This document shows positions 56,245 to 60,010 of a stretch of 60,010 bases of DNA, in pieces. Below the pieces are notes generated by a model. It was not told the origin of the DNA. It did no database searches and was given only the letters and a program-made list of their open reading frames with translations. Position 1 is the stretch's first letter, and each line of letters opens with the position of its first letter. A program made the translations under genes and the position numbers. This DNA is from a virus (taxonomy: Duplodnaviria; Caudoviricetes): the IMG/VR virus record IMGVR_UViG_3300017987_004445, positions 1-60,010 of that record. One strand, 5' to 3'.

Positions 56245-56789
56245 TGGATAAACGAAAAAATACAAACAGAATCATTTTTCATCACAGCAAGTCCCCTGAT
56301 GTTCCGATAGAGACTATAAAGAAATGGCATACCGATAAGCCTCCAAAAGGAAAGGGCTGGGAAGATATTGGCTATCATTTTGTAATCAGGGCCGATGGTG
56401 TTATAGAGACCGGCAGGCCGCTGGAAATGATTGGGGCTCATGCAAAAGGCAGAAACAAGGACAGTATAGGCGTGTGTTTGACTGGAGATTTTAACAAAGA
56501 GTCCCCAACTGGTTTTCAACTCGAATCCTCCAAGGCATTGTATTATTCTGAATGCAAGAAGTATGGGAAGAATTTAGCGGTTGAATTTCACACCCCACTA
56601 AGCCAGGAGTTTCCGTGTCCAGGCGAGAAACTGGAGAGGATAGCTTTTATTACTTCATTAAGGAAAACCCTGGTTCCCAAGGAGGAGAGTAAGCCGATGC
56701 CCAAGAAGTCTTTGATATGGGAAGTCGTAGAGCGCGTTGTGCTGCGAGTTGTAGAATGGCTGGTGGCTCGGTTGCCTAAGCGGAAATAG
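56244..56789 (+). CDS. Endolysin, N-acetylmuramoyl-L-alanine amidase (Amidase_2, T7-lysozyme-like)
   Basis: IIFHHS, GWEDIGYHFVI, GAHAKG.N..SIGVCL.GDF, H, CPG; TAATG coupling. Confidence 0.92.
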   Translation: MDKRKNTNRIIFHHSKSPDVPIETIKKWHTDKPPKGKGWEDIGYHFVIRADGVIETGRPLEMIGAHAKGRNKDSIGVCLTGDFNKESPTGFQLESSKALYYSECKKYGKNLAVEFHTPLSQEFPCPGEKLERIAFITSLRKTLVPKEESKPMPKKSLIWEVVERVVLRVVEWLVARLPKRK

Positions 56790-56814
56790 GGGGCAGCGTA
56801 ACCACCCTTTTGGT

Positions 56815-57231
56815 CTATGGTGCCACGATCACCTTTTTGGCGTTCTTGGGTTTGGTTGCAAACTTGGTGAATTTGCTTACCCCTCGCCATACATACCACG
56901 CCCGGAATCTGCTCATGCCATCTTCGCGGCAGACATCCCGTAGACGCTGGTTGATTGTCTTGAACCAATCCTCGCTGAGCTTCTTCATCCGAAGAAGTTG
57001 GTAAAATGCGTCGTGTTCCAGGCTCCCGCGCATGAAGCTTTTGGTATCGATCGTCGGGCCAGATGGACCATCCCATGCGTATCCTTTTTTGATCCTAAGC
57101 GTCCCGTCTGGAAGCAACGTGATGTACTCTGTGGTGATGGTTTCATTTTTTGGCACAACATTGGTCTTTGCCTCATAATCCTGTGCCAGTTGATATTTGT
57201 ATCCCTTTTTGTAGAAAATCTGAGCGTCCAT
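56815..57231 (-). CDS. DUF1353-like protein
   Basis: GYAWDGPS, SLEHDAFYQ, DGMS..RA....GV. Confidence 0.75.
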   Translation of the reverse strand: MDAQIFYKKGYKYQLAQDYEAKTNVVPKNETITTEYITLLPDGTLRIKKGYAWDGPSGPTIDTKSFMRGSLEHDAFYQLLRMKKLSEDWFKTINQRLRDVCREDGMSRFRAWYVWRGVSKFTKFATKPKNAKKVIVAP

Positions 57232-57259
57232 CAAATCCACCTCCAATATCCTTCCTCCT

Positions 57260-57454
57260 TTATTTCGGGCAAATCACCTTTATATCTTTTCGTCCATCTT
57301 CAGTGACAACCGTATCTGCAACATAGCATGAATCATGGAATTCTGCATTCTCAAAAAACTCATCAGGTGGCATGTTTTTGGCTATATCCGCTGGAATGAA
57401 ATAGACGTGGGAACAATTGAGAAAGAATAGGGCCACAAAAATTTTCCAATTCAT
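57260..57454 (-). CDS. Small putative lipoprotein
   Basis: MNWKIFVALFFLNC signal-like start, ATGA coupling. Confidence 0.5.
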   Translation of the reverse strand: MNWKIFVALFFLNCSHVYFIPADIAKNMPPDEFFENAEFHDSCYVADTVVTEDGRKDIKVICPK

Positions 57455-57627
57455 GATCTTATTCTCCGAAAATTCCACAACCACAATAAAAATAGTAGAG
57501 CAAAGGTGCAAATTGCAAACATGCACAAAGCAACCAGGACAAGTGAAGGATATGCTGTTATTCGGTAGCAAAGCCATAAATATACGGCAAACATCAGATC
57601 GAGAAAGCTGTTGATGGCTGTGATCAT
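57451..57627 (-). CDS. Small membrane protein (58 aa)
   Basis: Two hydrophobic stretches; ATG abuts the IS-derived element. Confidence 0.5.
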   Translation of the reverse strand: MITAINSFLDLMFAVYLWLCYRITAYPSLVLVALCMFAICTFALLFLLWLWNFRRIRS

Positions 57628-57777
57628 GATAAATTCGGCGAGGAAACCCGTGGCTTCAGCCATGGGAGGAATCGCCATTCCTTTCGCAAAAAGTTCTTGA
57701 CAACCACCAAATTGTTAGTTGTGCTTCGCATAATTAGCCCTTGGAATCCCACTGCTTTAGCGGTGGGAGGATGTCAA
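57628..57777 (+). mobile_element. Non-autonomous IS200/IS605 miniature element (PATE-like), 150 bp
   Basis: Left end GAAA-CCCGTGGC-TTCA-GCCATGGG; right end GAAT-CCCACTGC-TTTA-GCGGTGGG-AGGATG-TCAA; TCAT target 5' of the left end. Confidence 0.85.
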
Positions 57778-57783
57778 TTCGTG

Positions 57784-58143
57784 CTATGGTATATTTTCAA
57801 CTACACTCCACACACAGCTAGGCTTCCCGCCTGCCTTGCATACCCTGAGAACAGGCTTACCCTTGGGGTCTTCTGCACTGGGCGGTTCTCTCAGCCTTTT
57901 AACCAATTCCAATTTTTCTAGTTCCGGCAACCTTCTGGAAACCATATATCTGTCAACATCGAAATGCCAAGCAAGTTCTTTAGCGGTTGCCCAAGGGTGC
58001 TTTCTCACCATCTCATAGACCTCTTCTCGCTGTCTTTTGATAGAGGACTTGGCTTCCTGCTCTGCGATATGGCTTGAGTCTGGGTCCTGCTTCCTGCTGG
58101 CGGCAATATCCACATCGAACAGTGAGGTTTGGATAAAAGTCAT
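57784..58143 (-). CDS. Winged-HTH DNA-binding protein
   Basis: DPDSSH.A...TAKELA...VSRRLPELEKLELV. Confidence 0.75.
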   Translation of the reverse strand: MTFIQTSLFDVDIAASRKQDPDSSHIAEQEAKSSIKRQREEVYEMVRKHPWATAKELAWHFDVDRYMVSRRLPELEKLELVKRLREPPSAEDPKGKPVLRVCKAGGKPSCVWSVVENIP

Positions 58144-58637
58144 ATTATTGTTCTTTCTGCCAATCCACAATATTCTGATAATACTTTTTTGGCTTCATCA
58201 AAACTATAACAAACCCTACATGCCCAACCCACTTTTTGTAGATTATCCAACCATTCTTTTTGGCTTTGCTGCAATCTGCCTTTTTCGGATTTTAATTCAA
58301 GTGCAAGGCCCAGATAAGCTCCTTTGGGATAGGGTAATAGTAGATCTGGCACACCCGGTTTTACTCCCATTCTCTTAAGTTTCTGAGCCACTGCGGAAAA
58401 GCGTATTCCCAGCCTATTGACCTGGGGCTTTCGTTCTTCACCATTTGGTGAATGAAAAAGCATTTTAAGACATGGATAGTTTTGCTCATTATGAAAAGCC
58501 CATTGAATAAGCTGCATTTGAATTGCTGCTTCTGGTACAAAACTACTGAAAGGTGAATGATATCTACGTGCCATTTGTTTTATGTTCCGATTTAACCTTA
58601 TCCCAGACCCTTTTAGCTTCTTTAACGAAATCTTCAA
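58140..58637 (-). CDS. VRR-NUC nuclease
   Basis: FHSPNG, GVKPGVPDL, LELKSEKGRL...QKEW. Confidence 0.9.
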   Translation of the reverse strand: MKISLKKLKGSGIRLNRNIKQMARRYHSPFSSFVPEAAIQMQLIQWAFHNEQNYPCLKMLFHSPNGEERKPQVNRLGIRFSAVAQKLKRMGVKPGVPDLLLPYPKGAYLGLALELKSEKGRLQQSQKEWLDNLQKVGWACRVCYSFDEAKKVLSEYCGLAERTII

Positions 58638-58707
58638 ACTTTACTCCCTGTTGGATGAGGTATTTGAATAGCGTTTCGAGTATCTTGGTCGTGTGGTACG
58701 TGTTCAC

Positions 58708-59496
58708 CTATTCTCTCCAATTTATTGACTTGATAGATGCAACACGCAACCATTTTAGTATCATCTCCTCAAGGATTTTCTGCGCCTTCTTTGCGTCCGG
58801 GTGCGCTGGCAGTGGTGATTTCACGTAGGCTTCCTGCGCAAGATGAAATAGTCGGTCAGCCTCTTTCTTCACCTGTCCCAACGTCCACTTGCCCGCCTTA
58901 ATCTCCCTTAGCTCATCAGCATCTTTACGGTAAACCTGGAGTTCGCCGTCACCCAGATATTCGATGCCCATACGCAGTAACCTGACAAGGTGTGAGGCGT
59001 TTTTTACATCATAACCGTAACGCTCGACCAGTTCTTTGCGTTTTGCGCCCATGTACCCGTTAAAGGAATAATGGGCCATGCGATGCAGTTGCCCGTGTGC
59101 GTAACCGATGAATGAATGGTAGGCTTGCTTTGAAACAAACATGTCGCGGTTTGCGAGCAGAATTTTTCCAGGCTCAGACACATGGATGTAATGATTTGGG
59201 TTGAGCCACAAGAGCCCCAGCACGTTAGGGTTTTGCTTAAGGAGTAACCGCACGTATTTCCGAAGCTCGTAGGTCACAATATCCCATTCGTCCTGCTTAT
59301 AAACCTTTTGTTCAAAGCGCTGGAGCCCCACATAACAGGATTGCGGCCCGAATGCCACCCCCATCATGTCAATGTCATCAATGGAATCTGGGTTATTCTT
59401 CGGCGTGTGTGTGCCATGCGAGGTCGACCCCATATACCCTAAGAGGAACGTTCCTTCTGGCACCATTTCTTTTGCCACATAGTCTGCGAATTTCAC
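58708..59496 (-). CDS. Pol-beta-fold nucleotidyltransferase (RlaP/YcgL-like)
   Basis: GSTSHG...DDIDMMGV, QNPNVL, GYDVKNASHLVRLL. Confidence 0.88.
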   Translation of the reverse strand: MKFADYVAKEMVPEGTFLLGYMGSTSHGTHTPKNNPDSIDDIDMMGVAFGPQSCYVGLQRFEQKVYKQDEWDIVTYELRKYVRLLLKQNPNVLGLLWLNPNHYIHVSEPGKILLANRDMFVSKQAYHSFIGYAHGQLHRMAHYSFNGYMGAKRKELVERYGYDVKNASHLVRLLRMGIEYLGDGELQVYRKDADELREIKAGKWTLGQVKKEADRLFHLAQEAYVKSPLPAHPDAKKAQKILEEMILKWLRVASIKSINWRE

Positions 59497-59974
59497 CTAA
59501 ACACCTCCTCTACTTTTTTACCCGTGTGCATCTTCCCTACCGGCGGCGTGCACCCCACACGGAACAGGCAGAAGAGAAAGCAGCAGAAGAAGAATATCAG
59601 GCCGAGGGTGTTGAGGGTACGGTTCATGAGCCTCCTTGTTGGTTATAGGTATTGGCCTGAGTCGGGGGCCCCTTTTTCTTTCTCGGCAATAGCACAGCGG
59701 ATTTCTTCAAGCTTCTCTATGAGTTTTTGGAATTGTTCTTCTGTCATATTTTTTTCTCCTTATTGAGCTTTTCCTTTTTCATTCTCGACATCCCCATACC
59801 ACGACATACATCCTTTTTTTTCAATTTCATCCAATACTTTTGAAAACTTATCATATCCATCATCTTCCTTCGCGCATTCCTTATTTATCTTTCGGCGCAT
59901 CTTTTACCCAATAAACACAGGATGTACCGCGAAGGGTTGATTGCGTGTATCCATTTTTAACCATTAACTCGTTT

Positions 59975-60010
59975 GTTTTTCTGCAATATGATAATGCGTG
60001 AAAAACAATA
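59975..60010. repeat. Terminal 36-bp direct repeat, copy 2
   Basis: Identical to 1-36. Confidence 0.95.

Noticed and set aside
59975-60010. 36-bp repeat as a biological terminal repeat or att site
   Set aside because: It lies mid-ORF and exactly at both contig ends, typical of an assembly overlap
1-60010. Stop-codon reassignment, tRNA genes, introns or inteins
   Set aside because: Standard code gives dense full-length genes; no cloverleaf or splicing motifs recognised by eye

Overview
The window is an apparently complete ~59.97-kb circular or circularly permuted tailed-phage genome: bases 1-36 are repeated at 59975-60010 and a minus-strand ORF reads across the join. It is podovirus-like, with a P22-type portal, no tape measure or sheath, and large ejection proteins. 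The minus-strand early arm (about 56.8 kb through the join to 7.2 kb) carries replication, recombination and small accessory genes. The plus-strand late arm (7.4-56.8 kb) carries terminase, a ~16.6-kb sugar-modification cluster placed between terminase and portal, and the head, tail, ejection and lysis genes. No integrase, DNA polymerase, reverse transcriptase, CRISPR array or tRNA was recognised. Most notable observations: (1) four integron-type gene cassettes at 149-1730 whose attC boxes show the cassette-boundary complementarity expected from IntI-mediated insertion, with no intI in the genome; (2) the large membrane-protein-free glycan cluster in the head operon; (3) a ~2000-aa ejection protein with GGDEF-like, zincin and LPD38-like parts that hides a promoter, RBS and 54-aa out-of-frame ORF right after the GGDEF-like domain; (4) a Com-like zinc-finger gene with twin RNA hairpins in front of itself and the portal; (5) a candidate anti-Shine-Dalgarno sRNA; (6) a 150-bp non-autonomous IS200/IS605 element. 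All family assignments come from motif recognition by eye, not from database searches.
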